Shown here: in pieces, positions 36,757 to 46,525 of the stretch
Layout: each line of letters starts with the position of its first letter
How positions within the stretch are numbered: position 1 is the first letter of the stretch
Virus record (IMG/VR): IMGVR_UViG_3300032156_000001
Coordinates: 32,001 to 96,000 of that record
Strand: one strand, 5' to 3'
Length of the DNA: 64,000 nucleotides
From: a virus
Notes under the pieces: model-generated
Told to the model about the DNA's origin: nothing
Database searches by the model: none
Seen by the model: only the letters and a program-made list of their open reading frames with translations
Made by a program: the position numbers and the translations under genes

Positions 36757-37131
36757 ATGAGATTCCTGATATTCGACTCCAACAGGGTCTACGCCAAGAA
36801 GGTGCAGGCCCTGATCGAGGAACACATCAAGGACGCCGAGGTGGAGCTTGCGCACAACATCCCTGTGCTTCGCCAACGGCTGGACGGCGCCCGATACGAC
36901 CTGATCCTTGCCGACGTCGACACCACGCTCGATACCGCGGCGGCCCTGAAAGAGCTGAACTTGGTCGCCAAGAAGAGCATGGTCGTGGTCTGGTCCGCCG
37001 TCCGCACCCCGGTGACCAAGACGCAGGTATCGCCCCGCTGTGACGCGGCCATGGTGCTGCCGAAGGCCTTCGAGCCGAAAGCCATCCAGGTCGCGCTGGA
37101 CAAGGTGATACACGCGCGATGCGCCGTCTGA
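36757..37131 (+). CDS. stand-alone response-regulator receiver (REC)-like protein
   Basis: MRFLIFDS..., YDLILADV, VVVWSA, LPKAF. Confidence 0.65.
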   Translation: MRFLIFDSNRVYAKKVQALIEEHIKDAEVELAHNIPVLRQRLDGARYDLILADVDTTLDTAAALKELNLVAKKSMVVVWSAVRTPVTKTQVSPRCDAAMVLPKAFEPKAIQVALDKVIHARCAV

Positions 37132-37916
37132 TATGCGGTGTTTTCTGTGGTGAATTCGGCTGGGAACTGATGTCCTGGCAGGGCTATCTTCGTCGGCAGG
37201 CCAAGGGATTTGATGAGGTTGTCGTGGCGGCCCCGAAGGGCCACGAGCTGCTGTACGCCGACTTCTGCACGCAATATGTCCCTCATTGCGTGACGGGCGA
37301 CAAGGACTGCTGGTTCATCCGGGAGGCAAGCCCGGAGCTGGCCATCGTGGATCAGCATCTGGCCCGCATGGAAGGTACGTGGATCAAGCCGGCCAGGAAG
37401 TATTCGCTGGCCGAGCAGGACTTCGTGCCGTTCGGCGACCCCCAGCTGGCCCCGCCGGATTACCGCTTCGACGTCGTCATGCACGTGCGCGCGCTGGCGG
37501 GCCGCTCTGCTGAGCGCTCCTGGACGTCCGGCCACGCCGATGAAGTCGCTGCGCGCCTGTTGAGAGCCGGATACAAGGTCGCCGCCACCGGCCACTCCGC
37601 GCGCTGCCCGGCGGGCGCGACCGACATCCGCGGCCTGCCGCTGGCGCAGGAGGCCAACATCCTGGCGGCGGCAAGGCTGATGGTCGGCCCGTGCAGCGGC
37701 CCGATCCACTTCGCCGCGCTGTGCCGGCTGCCGGCGCTGGCCTGGACGGATAAGCGGTATTGGAGCGTTCTGGGCGGCACGAACAAGCAGCGGCTGGAGG
37801 AGCTGTGGAACCCGCTGCGGACTCCGGTCCACGTGATGGAGGACGGTTGGGAGCCGTCCATAATTGCCGTGGTCAGCACCGTAATGGCGTTGTTGGGCCT
37901 GCCGAGGGAAGTATGA
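37119..37916 (+). CDS. GT9-like (heptosyltransferase-like) glycosyltransferase, paralog 1
   Basis: GEFGWELMSWQG; ARLMVGPCSGPIHFAALCRLP resembles the GT9 xSGPxHxAAA motif. Confidence 0.65.
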   Translation: MRRLICGVFCGEFGWELMSWQGYLRRQAKGFDEVVVAAPKGHELLYADFCTQYVPHCVTGDKDCWFIREASPELAIVDQHLARMEGTWIKPARKYSLAEQDFVPFGDPQLAPPDYRFDVVMHVRALAGRSAERSWTSGHADEVAARLLRAGYKVAATGHSARCPAGATDIRGLPLAQEANILAAARLMVGPCSGPIHFAALCRLPALAWTDKRYWSVLGGTNKQRLEELWNPLRTPVHVMEDGWEPSIIAVVSTVMALLGLPREV

Positions 37917-38713
37917 AGCGCCTTATCGCAGGGCCGTGGGCGGGGGAGCTGGGCTGGGAGCTCATGTCCTGGCAGGGGCTCGTCCGCAAGCTGAGCAGGG
38001 GTTACGACGAGACGGTCGTCTGTTCCGACGACGGCCACCAAGCCCTGTACGCCGACTTCGCGGCGTCGTACATACCGCACAAGCTGCTGGGGCAGCGGGA
38101 CTGCTACCACTTCATGCCCGCCAACCCCACGGCGTTCTTCGCGCTGATGGACAGCCTGACCAAGATGGGCGGCGACTGTGTCAGGCCGACGATACAGGCG
38201 CTGATGGCGCAGCAGGAGTTCATACGGTACGGCAACGCGGCCAGGTGCCCGGAGAACCGCCGCTACGACGTGCTGGTGCACGTGCGGCAGAAGAGGGACG
38301 TGAAGGTGCAGCGGTCGTGGCCGGAGGATCATGCTGTCGGCGTGGTGAAAACGCTGCGCGAGGCGGGGCTGCGCGTCGGCGCCATAGGCGCGCCAGGCAC
38401 GCCGATGGCCGGGGCGGCCAACGCGATCGGCTTCCCGCTGGGCGAGCTGATGGATGTGCTGGCCGCCGCTAAGCTGGTCGTCGGGCCGTGCAGCGGGCCG
38501 ATCCACCTGGCCGCGCTGTGCGGGACGCCGGCAGTCGCGTGGACGGACACGAGAAAATGGACTAGTCTGAAGTTCACCAACCGCGAGCGGCTGGAGCGGT
38601 ATTGGAACCCGCTCGGTACGCCCGTGCGCGTCGTCGACAAATACGGCTGGCTGCCGCCTGCCGACATCGTGGTCGGGCAGGCGCTGAGCTTCCTGGCGGA
38701 GATGAAGCGATAG
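37913..38713 (+). CDS. GT9-like glycosyltransferase, paralog 2
   Basis: GELGWELMSWQG; AKLVVGPCSGPIHLAALCGTP; tandem paralog of the upstream gene. Confidence 0.68.
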   Translation: MKRLIAGPWAGELGWELMSWQGLVRKLSRGYDETVVCSDDGHQALYADFAASYIPHKLLGQRDCYHFMPANPTAFFALMDSLTKMGGDCVRPTIQALMAQQEFIRYGNAARCPENRRYDVLVHVRQKRDVKVQRSWPEDHAVGVVKTLREAGLRVGAIGAPGTPMAGAANAIGFPLGELMDVLAAAKLVVGPCSGPIHLAALCGTPAVAWTDTRKWTSLKFTNRERLERYWNPLGTPVRVVDKYGWLPPADIVVGQALSFLAEMKR

Positions 38714-38727
38714 GACGGGAGGGAACG

Positions 38728-38865
38728 GTGAGTGGCGTGGGCGGACAGGGACATTCGGATAAGTCCAACGGCATATCGGCTTGGATCTTCGCCGCGTGCG
38801 TCGGGTTGGGCCTGCTGGCGCTGCTGATAGCGGTGCTGGTCCACCAAATAGGCAAGGGAATCTGA
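38728..38865 (+). CDS. small membrane protein
   Basis: GGGAGGG RBS; AWIFAACVGLGLLALLIAVLV. Confidence 0.45.
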   Translation: MSGVGGQGHSDKSNGISAWIFAACVGLGLLALLIAVLVHQIGKGI

Positions 38866-38874
38866 CCGAAGAAC

Positions 38875-39438
38875 ATGGTTGGACGGACGATGAGGCTCAA
38901 CGCGGCGGAGCGCGCCGCCCTTTACGACCAGCGGGGAGCGGCGTACTGCTCCCCGCTGGACCTGACGCTGCCGTTCATAGACGAGATGCTGCCGCGCAGC
39001 GTCTCCAGCGTCCTGGACATCGGCTGCGGCCGTGGCGACATCCTGGCGTATGCGGCCAAGTCGCTCAAGCTGGCGGGCGACGATGCCACAGGCGTGGATA
39101 TCAGCTCGGTGCGCATAGCGTACGCTAGGCAACAGCACCCGGCGCTGCGTTTCGTGGCCGCGGACGCCTTTGAGTTCCTTTCGGCCCCCGGGCTGCGCTA
39201 CGGAGCGGTCCTCCTGTTCGAGGTGCTGGAGCACGTCGACGACGACCTGAAGCTGCTGGCCTTGGCGCGGGCGGCCTGCGCGGGCAGGATCCTGGGGTCG
39301 CTGCCCGTCAGGGTCAAGGAGATGACGCACGCGCGCGACTTCGCCAGCCACGAGGAGGCCGCGCGGCGGTACAGGCTGACGTCGTGGCGGGCCCGCGGCC
39401 AGCACGTCCTGTTCTCGATGGAAGGAGGCACGGCGTGA
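38875..39438 (+). CDS. class I SAM-dependent methyltransferase
   Basis: VLDIGCGRG, GVDIS, FVAAD, LFEVLEHV. Confidence 0.85.
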   Translation: MVGRTMRLNAAERAALYDQRGAAYCSPLDLTLPFIDEMLPRSVSSVLDIGCGRGDILAYAAKSLKLAGDDATGVDISSVRIAYARQQHPALRFVAADAFEFLSAPGLRYGAVLLFEVLEHVDDDLKLLALARAACAGRILGSLPVRVKEMTHARDFASHEEAARRYRLTSWRARGQHVLFSMEGGTA

Positions 39439-39914
39439 TCAAGGTGTACAACCCGGCGCTCACCGACATCTCGAAGGCGGCCGTCATAGGCGACGGCACC
39501 CGGATAGGGGTGTTCACGCGGATAGCGGCGCACGTGAAGATAGGCCGCAACTGCCTGATAGGATCGCACTGCAACGTGTGCGACGCCGTCGTCATAGGCG
39601 ACAACGTGTCGGTGCAGACGCGCTGCCACATCACCCGGATGACGGCGATAGGCAACGACGTGTTCATAGGCCCGGGCCTCGTAACCACTAACGACAAGTA
39701 CATGCGCAACGCCGGCCTCTGCATCGGCCCGAAGATAGAGGACGGCGCGCGGATAGGCGGCGGCGTCGTCCTCCTGCCCGGGGTAGTGGTGGGGAAGCTG
39801 GCCGTCGTGGGCGCCGGCAGCGTGGTGACGAAGGACGTCCCGGCCGGCATGCTCGTGTACGGCAACCCGGCCAGGGTGATCGGTCCCGCATCGGCGCTTG
39901 GGGAGAGGAAGTGA
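39435..39914 (+). CDS. hexapeptide-repeat sugar N-acetyltransferase (WbpD/WxcM-like)
   Basis: IGDGTRIG, IGNDVFIGPG, TTNDKY, GARIGGG, VGAGSVVTKDVP...GNPAR. Confidence 0.88.
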   Translation: MIKVYNPALTDISKAAVIGDGTRIGVFTRIAAHVKIGRNCLIGSHCNVCDAVVIGDNVSVQTRCHITRMTAIGNDVFIGPGLVTTNDKYMRNAGLCIGPKIEDGARIGGGVVLLPGVVVGKLAVVGAGSVVTKDVPAGMLVYGNPARVIGPASALGERK

Positions 39915-40600
39915 ACGTCTCGGTCCTGATACCCGTGCGGAACAAAGCAGGCGTCATCGGCCGCGTTCTGGCGGCGCTGGCGCCGCAGCTGGAGAGCGGC
40001 GACGAGGCCGTCGTCCTGGACGACCGATCGTCGGACGACAGCGGCGCGCAGGTAGCCGCCCATCCGGTCCGCCTGCTGACCCGCACCGGGGACCCGAAGC
40101 CGTACAGGCTGGCCAGCGCGCGCAACCTTCTCGTCCGCGAGGCGGCCAATCCCGAGCTGGTGTTCCTGGCCGCGGACTGCGTGCCGGAACCGGAGTTCAT
40201 CGCTGAGCACAAGCGTGGGCTGGCTGTGCGCACGCCGCGGATGATGGTGGCCGGCAGGGTCTGGAACCCCGGTTACGTCGGCGTGCGGCCGGAGCCGCTG
40301 CTGTCCGTGGACGACAAGTGGCGCAGGGTGTTCTCCGGCAATCTGAGCATGTCCAGGCGCGACTTCGACATGATAGGCGGGTTCGACGAGAACTTCGACG
40401 GCGCCTGGGGCCAGGAGGACGTGGAGTTCGCCTATCGCGCCGTCCGAGTTTATGGATACAGGATCCTTCGGATCGGCGCGGCCGCTTGGCACGATCCCCA
40501 TCCCAGGTGCGAACCGAGGTGCGACAGGAACTATGTCTACTTCAGGCGCAAATACAACCGATGTCCTGGTCTGCGCGGCACCGACGGGCGTGGTTCCTGA
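39911..40600 (+). CDS. GT2 glycosyltransferase
   Basis: VSVLIPVRN, VVLDDRSSD, ARN, GGFDENF.GAWGQEDVEFAYR; DxD appears as AAD. Confidence 0.85.
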   Translation: MNVSVLIPVRNKAGVIGRVLAALAPQLESGDEAVVLDDRSSDDSGAQVAAHPVRLLTRTGDPKPYRLASARNLLVREAANPELVFLAADCVPEPEFIAEHKRGLAVRTPRMMVAGRVWNPGYVGVRPEPLLSVDDKWRRVFSGNLSMSRRDFDMIGGFDENFDGAWGQEDVEFAYRAVRVYGYRILRIGAAAWHDPHPRCEPRCDRNYVYFRRKYNRCPGLRGTDGRGS

Positions 40601-41372
40601 CAGGCAGGACAACCCGCACGTCCCGCTGTCCGTGAAGGAGATCGCGGACTGCGCGGTGGCGTGCGCCGACGCCGGCGCGGCCATGATCCATCTGCACGTC
40701 AGGGACGATGACGGTCGGGCCACGCTGTGCCCGAACAGATACACCCGCGTCATCGCTGCCATAAGGGAACGGCGGCCCGGCTTGGTGCTGTGCGTGTCGC
40801 TGAGCGGACGCGGCGGCGTGCCGGAGGCGGACCGCCATGGCCCGCTTTCGCTGGCCGGCGACGTAAAGCCCGACATGGCCAGCTTGACGCTCAGCTCGCT
40901 CAACTTTCCACGCTGCGCCAGCCCCAACCCACCTGAGCTGATCCAAGGGCTCGCCCGGCACATGTTGGATAGGGGGATCGCGCCGGAGTTGGAGGCGTTC
41001 GACCTGGGCATGGTCAACTATGCGAAGTACCTGATCGGCAAGGGGCTGCTGGAGCCGCCGTACCGGTTCAACCTGCTGCTGGGGAACATCGCGGGCGCTC
41101 AGCTGGACCCGCTGCACTTGGGCGCCATGCTGGCCGCGCTGCCGCCGGACTCGATGTGGCTCGCGGCGGGCATGGGTTTGCGCCAGCTGGCCGCCAACGC
41201 GCTCGGCATCATGTTTGGCGACGGTATCCGCGTAGGGATAGAGGACAATCCCACGGAGGGGCTGAGCAACGAGGAGCTCGTGCGTCGCGCGGTCGGGCTG
41301 GCCGCGCTGTTCGGCAGGAAACCGGCGACTGCCGTTGCGGCAAGGCAGAAACTGGGCTTGCCGGCCCGATAG
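40533..41372 (+). CDS. 3-keto-5-aminohexanoate cleavage enzyme family (BKACE/DUF849)
   Basis: APTG...NPHVPLSVKEIA...AGAAMIHLHVRD, PDMASLT..SLNF, PELEAFDLG, IRVGIEDN. Confidence 0.9.
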   Translation: MSTSGANTTDVLVCAAPTGVVPDRQDNPHVPLSVKEIADCAVACADAGAAMIHLHVRDDDGRATLCPNRYTRVIAAIRERRPGLVLCVSLSGRGGVPEADRHGPLSLAGDVKPDMASLTLSSLNFPRCASPNPPELIQGLARHMLDRGIAPELEAFDLGMVNYAKYLIGKGLLEPPYRFNLLLGNIAGAQLDPLHLGAMLAALPPDSMWLAAGMGLRQLAANALGIMFGDGIRVGIEDNPTEGLSNEELVRRAVGLAALFGRKPATAVAARQKLGLPAR

Positions 41373-41378
41373 GAGGGA

Positions 41379-41834
41379 TTGATGGGAAACCAGTGCTGTT
41401 TCGACTGCCCGCGCTGCGAGTGCGCCGGCAGGGGACGCGAAGTGCCGGTTCTGCGGATGCGGCTGTTCGGCGTCCGCGCGTTGAGGGAGGCCGTCGCGTA
41501 TGCTGCTCAAGGGGGGTTCGCTCTTCACTTGGCGGGCTCGGCGAAGGGTTATCCGGGCGCGCTGCGTTGCTTCCAGGCGGCTAAGGAGTTCGCGCACCTG
41601 TTCGGGAAGGACGCGGGGCAGCTGTGGGGGATCGCGCGCCTGTTGGGGGTCAAGCAGGTAGTCGTTCACTACGCCGGCACGCCGCGCGCGCATGTGGATC
41701 TCTGTGGCAAGCCGCTGGAGCTTGCTAAGCGCTGGTGCGAGGAGCGCGAGGCGGTCGTGGCGGCCCAGATCGAATCGCTGAGGCCGACCGGGTTCAGCGC
41801 CCGGAAGATCAAGGCGGTGTTGGGCATCCCATGA
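41379..41834 (+). CDS. DUF4031-like protein
   Basis: AHLFGKDAGQLWGIARLLG...HVDL. Confidence 0.45.
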   Translation: MMGNQCCFDCPRCECAGRGREVPVLRMRLFGVRALREAVAYAAQGGFALHLAGSAKGYPGALRCFQAAKEFAHLFGKDAGQLWGIARLLGVKQVVVHYAGTPRAHVDLCGKPLELAKRWCEEREAVVAAQIESLRPTGFSARKIKAVLGIP

Positions 41835-41850
41835 AAGGAAGCCGCATCCG

Positions 41851-42435
41851 ATGAACTTCGAGGCGATGAAGAGGTTCTGGGACGACAGGTACGGACGGAT
41901 GGAGCCCGGCTGGGCCCACAGGATGCTCGCGCAGGTTCCCGCCGTGGAGACTGAGTTGCGCAAGCACCTGGATCCCGCGCAGCCGTTCGGCACGCTCGTG
42001 GACATCGGCTGCGGCGACGGCAGGTTCCTGCCCTTCCTGGCGCTGGTGGCCAAGCACGTATGGGGAGTTGATGTCAGCCCGGTCGCCCTGCAACGGGCGA
42101 CGGGCAAGGCCAGGAACGTCACGCTGATGCAGGCCGATTGGCCGTACAATCTGCCCTTCCGTGGTGGCAGCGTAGGCGCGGCGACGGTCCTGTTCGCCTT
42201 CCAGCACATGGTCGACGACACCGTTGCCGGTGCCACGGCGGCGGAACTGCGCCGCATCCTGGCGCCCGGCGCCAAGGTGGTGGTCGTGGACAATGCGCTG
42301 GATAAGGCCGCGCACGTGAAGCCTAGGCCCGCCGACTGGTTCGTGAAGTCGCTGGGGCTGAAGGAAGCCGCCCAATGCCGGGTGGCCGTCGATGGCCGCA
42401 AGGACGGTCACTGGCTGATAGCCGGGCATACCTGA
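41851..42435 (+). CDS. class I SAM-dependent methyltransferase
   Basis: LVDIGCGDG, GVDVS, LMQAD..LPF, LRRILAPGA. Confidence 0.85.
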   Translation: MNFEAMKRFWDDRYGRMEPGWAHRMLAQVPAVETELRKHLDPAQPFGTLVDIGCGDGRFLPFLALVAKHVWGVDVSPVALQRATGKARNVTLMQADWPYNLPFRGGSVGAATVLFAFQHMVDDTVAGATAAELRRILAPGAKVVVVDNALDKAAHVKPRPADWFVKSLGLKEAAQCRVAVDGRKDGHWLIAGHT

Positions 42436-42437
42436 CC

Positions 42438-42455
42438 TTTCCAAGGCCTTGGAAA
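42438..42455. repeat. 18-bp palindrome, copy 3
   Basis: TTTCCAAGGCCTTGGAAA, 2 nt after a TGA stop. Confidence 0.9.
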
Positions 42456-42574
42456 CCCTCCAGCTAAAATTCGGGGCTATTCGCGTTATTATGCCTTGGT
42501 GAGTCTGGCGTTGGGCTGGGCTCGTCCAAGCGTAATAACACGGCGCGGGCACCCCGCGTAGAAAGGAGTGCACT

Positions 42575-43237
42575 ATGAGTACCACAAAGGCGAAGGTGGA
42601 GATGGCCAAGGAGGCAGCCGCGTTGGAGGAGATCAAGAAGCACAATCCCGAACTGCTTGGCGATCCCAAGATGCAGGAGGGGTTGAAAGCCGTCGTGGTT
42701 CGGATGGAGGCCCACCTGATCGGATGCCCCCAGCTCGTGGACGACGTGGAGTTCAAGAAGGGCTTCGAGGCCGTCAGGAGTGCCATTCAAGGCACGGAAA
42801 AGGCTGCAGTCGAGAAGGCGACTGAGGAGATGGTCGGGCAGGTCGAACAGGGCGTACCGCCGGCGGAGGCGGCGGAAACGCTCAAGGACCGTGCACTGGC
42901 CGTGTGCGGCCGCACCAAGGAAGGTGCGGCGAAGGCGGCGCGGTGGATCTACGACAAGATCCTCACACGTGGAGCCAGGTGCATCTGTACGCTCGTCGGC
43001 GGAACCGCGTGGACGGCGTTCAAGATCGTGGTCGACGGCGTCGATGCGGCTCTTCAGCTGGTGGTCGAGACGGCCGCGTTGGCGATCGACCTGATCTGGT
43101 CGATCGTGGACCGCGTCCGCGGTCTCACGCCCGCGCTCCCCGGAAGGGGCCCTGCCATGAGGTGGATCGAGGAGCAGAAGGAGTTGGCCGCGAAGTACGA
43201 AAGGCACGTGCAGGCGGCGAACGAGTACGTCGACTAG
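42575..43237 (+). CDS. amphipathic helical hypothetical protein
   Basis: AAAGGAG RBS; own terminator. Confidence 0.75.
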   Translation: MSTTKAKVEMAKEAAALEEIKKHNPELLGDPKMQEGLKAVVVRMEAHLIGCPQLVDDVEFKKGFEAVRSAIQGTEKAAVEKATEEMVGQVEQGVPPAEAAETLKDRALAVCGRTKEGAAKAARWIYDKILTRGARCICTLVGGTAWTAFKIVVDGVDAALQLVVETAALAIDLIWSIVDRVRGLTPALPGRGPAMRWIEEQKELAAKYERHVQAANEYVD

Positions 43238-43282
43238 GCTCCTGCCGTGGCGCCGGCCGCGGCGGGACAGGATCGGGACTTG

Positions 43283-43313
43283 CGGGCGCGATTGGAGATC
43301 GCGCCCGTTTTTT
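43283..43313 (+). terminator. Rho-independent terminator
   Basis: CGGGCGCGAT-TGGAG-ATCGCGCCCG then TTTTTT. Confidence 0.75.
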
Positions 43314-43342
43314 CGCTACTGGCAGAGGGAAAGGAGGGCCGC

Positions 43343-43894
43343 ATGAGATCGCGAGATTACATAGACGACGGGGTGTCGGACATGACGGTTCGCGTGTACG
43401 AGACCGACTTGCGGCATAAGGCGGCGCCGAAGTTCGGCCGCTTCCTGCAGGCTTGGGATGAGACGCGGCTGTGGGACCGAAAGCTGCTGGCCCGTTGCGA
43501 CACGGTTGAATTGGCGGCATTTACCAATTTCCTCGACTGCGTGGCCGCGCGGGTCCTGCAGGAATGGCTCGTGCGCTCCGGCCTGCGCGTTGCCAACCAC
43601 AGGGACACGAGGCGTATCCTGAAGCGGCTGTGCGTCGATATGGGCCTGCCTCCCGACATCGATCCCAACTACGGCCGGTTTCATGCGCTCTTCGATCACG
43701 TCCGGGTCCTGAAGAGTGACGAAGGCCCTTACTACGCGATCTCCGAGCCGTACGACACGGCGTTCGACTGCCATCTGTTCGACGAAGCTCGGTCGAAGCT
43801 GTTGGAGAAAGGCTGGGAGGTAGGAGTAAAGGGCCGCTCGCAGCACGCCCCATTGGACGGGACGTTACGGCTCATGTTCATCATCGACAAGTGA
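43343..43894 (+). CDS. hypothetical protein
   Basis: AAGGAGG RBS, ATG at 43343. Confidence 0.65.
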   Translation: MRSRDYIDDGVSDMTVRVYETDLRHKAAPKFGRFLQAWDETRLWDRKLLARCDTVELAAFTNFLDCVAARVLQEWLVRSGLRVANHRDTRRILKRLCVDMGLPPDIDPNYGRFHALFDHVRVLKSDEGPYYAISEPYDTAFDCHLFDEARSKLLEKGWEVGVKGRSQHAPLDGTLRLMFIIDK

Positions 43895-43914
43895 TGGGAA
43901 CGGGGGGAATTGTG

Positions 43915-45123
43915 ATGGACATCGCGGAGGCGGATAGACTGCTGGAGGAGGCGCGCGGCGCGCGCGAGAATGCCAAGCGCCTGGAGCGCGAGCACAAGAT
44001 CGAGGCGCTCCAGGCCGCGGTGGACCTGGCCAAGAAGAAGAAGGCCGCCGTGGTGGCGCAGATAGCCAGGCTGGATGCCGGAAGGGAGGGCAGGGAAGCC
44101 AAGATCAAGGAGACGGACGAACTGAAGGAGTTCCTCGGCGACGTCTATCCCCAGGTCAGGAAGCGTTTCGAGGAGGACGTCCTGAACGCCGACCTGGAAC
44201 GCCAGGCCGCGACAAGGGCCCTGATGGACCTGGACTCGGAGATATCATGCACCGTGTCCGACCTGGTGCGGCTGCGCAGGGGGCCGGCATCGGACAAGCC
44301 GCCGAAGGCGGCGGTGGAAGCGAAGTCCAGCAGCTCTGCCGAGCCCATGCCGCCGGACGAAGCCTTGCTTCCGCTATGCCGCGGGGAAGTGGGCCAGGCC
44401 TATGAGGAATGCACACTCGGTCTCGACAGCGCGGCGCGCGAACTGGGCAACGATGTGGAACTCTTGGGACAATACTGCGCGGTCGCCGCCGGCAACGTCA
44501 GGCTGCTTCTCGGTACGCCTATACCGCTGAATAGTGCCGAAAAGACCATGTTGGGCAGGGGACTAGACGCTGTCGCCTACGTGGCGACAGAGTCCAAGTG
44601 CGGCTGTGTCGAGGCGTTGAACAGGGGAATCGCGAAGGACTGGAAGAAGTACGTCGCCGAGGCGGATACTCGGCTGGCCGAGTTGGAATCGATCCGCTGG
44701 AGCATGAGGGCGAAGCCCAAGACGTACGAGGAGAAGGCGCCGCCGGAGCCGGATCCGCTCCTCGATTTCTCCCTGTTGGAAAAGGCGACGGGGCTGCGTG
44801 TCGCCGTGCTGGGCGGCATGAAGAACCCCGACATCGTGAAATGGATGTCGGTCAGGCTGGGCTTCGGAAAGGTGGCCTGGTACGGCTGCTACAGGAAGAC
44901 CAGGGAGCGGGACGGTATGGTGCAAAGCATCGGCGCCGGCGGCGTCGACCTCATTGTCCTTTACACGAAGTTCGTGGGGCACAGGCACGTCGACCTGATC
45001 CTGAAGATGGCGCGTCAGAGGGGCATACCCTTGGCGTGGTGCAACTCGACATCCAAGGCGGAGATCGCCTCGGCCGTGGCGAAGGCATTGGGCCTGGTCC
45101 CGGCCAACGGCGGTGGGAAGTGA
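43915..45123 (+). CDS. coiled-coil protein with C-terminal DUF2325-like domain
   Basis: VAVLGG...DLIVLYTKFVGH...ARQRGIPLAWC. Confidence 0.55.
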   Translation: MDIAEADRLLEEARGARENAKRLEREHKIEALQAAVDLAKKKKAAVVAQIARLDAGREGREAKIKETDELKEFLGDVYPQVRKRFEEDVLNADLERQAATRALMDLDSEISCTVSDLVRLRRGPASDKPPKAAVEAKSSSSAEPMPPDEALLPLCRGEVGQAYEECTLGLDSAARELGNDVELLGQYCAVAAGNVRLLLGTPIPLNSAEKTMLGRGLDAVAYVATESKCGCVEALNRGIAKDWKKYVAEADTRLAELESIRWSMRAKPKTYEEKAPPEPDPLLDFSLLEKATGLRVAVLGGMKNPDIVKWMSVRLGFGKVAWYGCYRKTRERDGMVQSIGAGGVDLIVLYTKFVGHRHVDLILKMARQRGIPLAWCNSTSKAEIASAVAKALGLVPANGGGK

Positions 45124-45138
45124 GCTGGAGGAACTGAC

Positions 45139-46101
45139 ATGCAGCACAACTGGGGACGTTGTCCCACGTCGGAGAGCGTGATGGCCGAGGTGGCCCAACT
45201 GACGGGGACGGAGCTGAAGTACGAGTTCAGGCAGGCCGTGCCGATTTCCAGCCTGAAGATCGGGCCGTCGAAGAAGAACAACGCCCGCCTCGAGCCGGTC
45301 GAGGAGGACGTGGCCGCGCGGTACGCGGCGGACATGCGGAAGGGGGACGTGTTCCCCGCGACCGTGATCCTCGACAACGGGCTCATCCTGGCCGGCAACA
45401 CCAGGGTCAAGGCCGCGCAGATGGCCGGCGCGGACGCCGTCGCGGCCTACGTCATCTGCGGCATCACGCCGGGGCAGCAGTTCTTCTTCGTCCGCCGGGA
45501 CAACGCGAAGCACGGGGTCCCGCTGTCCATGGACATGCAGGTGGAGACCTGCGCGGAGCTGCACCTCACGTACGGGATGCCCGTCAAGACCCTGTGCGAC
45601 CTGTGGTTCGGCACGGCGCTGTCGTACTACAACCGGATCATCGACGCCGTCCACGCGCGGAAGGTGGTCGCCAAGCTGTCCGGCTGGAAGGAGATCTCCG
45701 TCGCTGGCACGGCGCGCAGCACGCTGGCCGCGCTGTACCCGCTGCTCGACAGCAGGCACGTCCTCCGCGGCGCCGCGGACGTCGTGACGCGGCACGGCTA
45801 CTCGTCGGCGCAGACGTCGGCCCTGCTGGCCAGCATCAAGGCGAAGGACAACGAGGCCGACAAGCTGGCGGTGATCGAGGAAGACAGGAGGGCCAATGAG
45901 GGCAGGGTGAAGGGCACCCCGCGGTACGACCTCGACTTCAAGAGGGAGCTCAACAGGCTGCTGAACTTCCTCGAGACGGCCGCGAACGGCAAGCCGCTGC
46001 CCGGCGTCAGCAAGATCGCGTCGGACAAGAAGATCGCCGCGGAGCTGAAGGGCGTCATCGGCAAGATGATGGCCCGGCTGCGGCAGGTGAAAGGAGGATA
46101 G
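45139..46101 (+). CDS. ParB/Srx-like N-terminal domain protein
   Basis: VPISSLK..NNAR...VAARYAADM..GDVFPATVIL..ILAGNTRVKAAQMAG. Confidence 0.65.
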   Translation: MQHNWGRCPTSESVMAEVAQLTGTELKYEFRQAVPISSLKIGPSKKNNARLEPVEEDVAARYAADMRKGDVFPATVILDNGLILAGNTRVKAAQMAGADAVAAYVICGITPGQQFFFVRRDNAKHGVPLSMDMQVETCAELHLTYGMPVKTLCDLWFGTALSYYNRIIDAVHARKVVAKLSGWKEISVAGTARSTLAALYPLLDSRHVLRGAADVVTRHGYSSAQTSALLASIKAKDNEADKLAVIEEDRRANEGRVKGTPRYDLDFKRELNRLLNFLETAANGKPLPGVSKIASDKKIAAELKGVIGKMMARLRQVKGG

Positions 46102-46102
46102 G

Positions 46103-46525
46103 ATGAACCTCTCGCTGGAGGTGCTGCGGCAGCTGGGCGACGGGAGATGGCGTTCCTGCGCCCGGCTGCTGCAGAAACTGGACGGCTGCATCCAGCCGGA
46201 ACGCGCGGCAAGGCGCTACTCCGACACGGTCGAGCACGCGTCAGACATGCCGCTGGGCGACAAGATCGACGCCGGCAGGCGCATGCTCATCGTACAGGCC
46301 GTCGAGGCCTTGCGCAGGCAGGGCAGGGTGGAAGTGGACGGCAAGGGCTTCGGCAAGAGGGCCAGGCTCAAGCCGTACGGCAACGACACGCAGGGAAGGG
46401 CGGTGCTGACCGCTCTTGGTCTGGTCGGGAAGGCCATTGAGCGCTCGCATGTGTCGCCGGAGGCGAAGGCCGCTTGCCGGGGGCATTGCGAGGCGATTCG
46501 TGAGCTGGTGGAAGGAGGACGCTGA
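46103..46525 (+). CDS. hypothetical protein
   Basis: GGAGG RBS; coupled to neighbours. Confidence 0.65.
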   Translation: MNLSLEVLRQLGDGRWRSCARLLQKLDGCIQPERAARRYSDTVEHASDMPLGDKIDAGRRMLIVQAVEALRRQGRVEVDGKGFGKRARLKPYGNDTQGRAVLTALGLVGKAIERSHVSPEAKAACRGHCEAIRELVEGGR

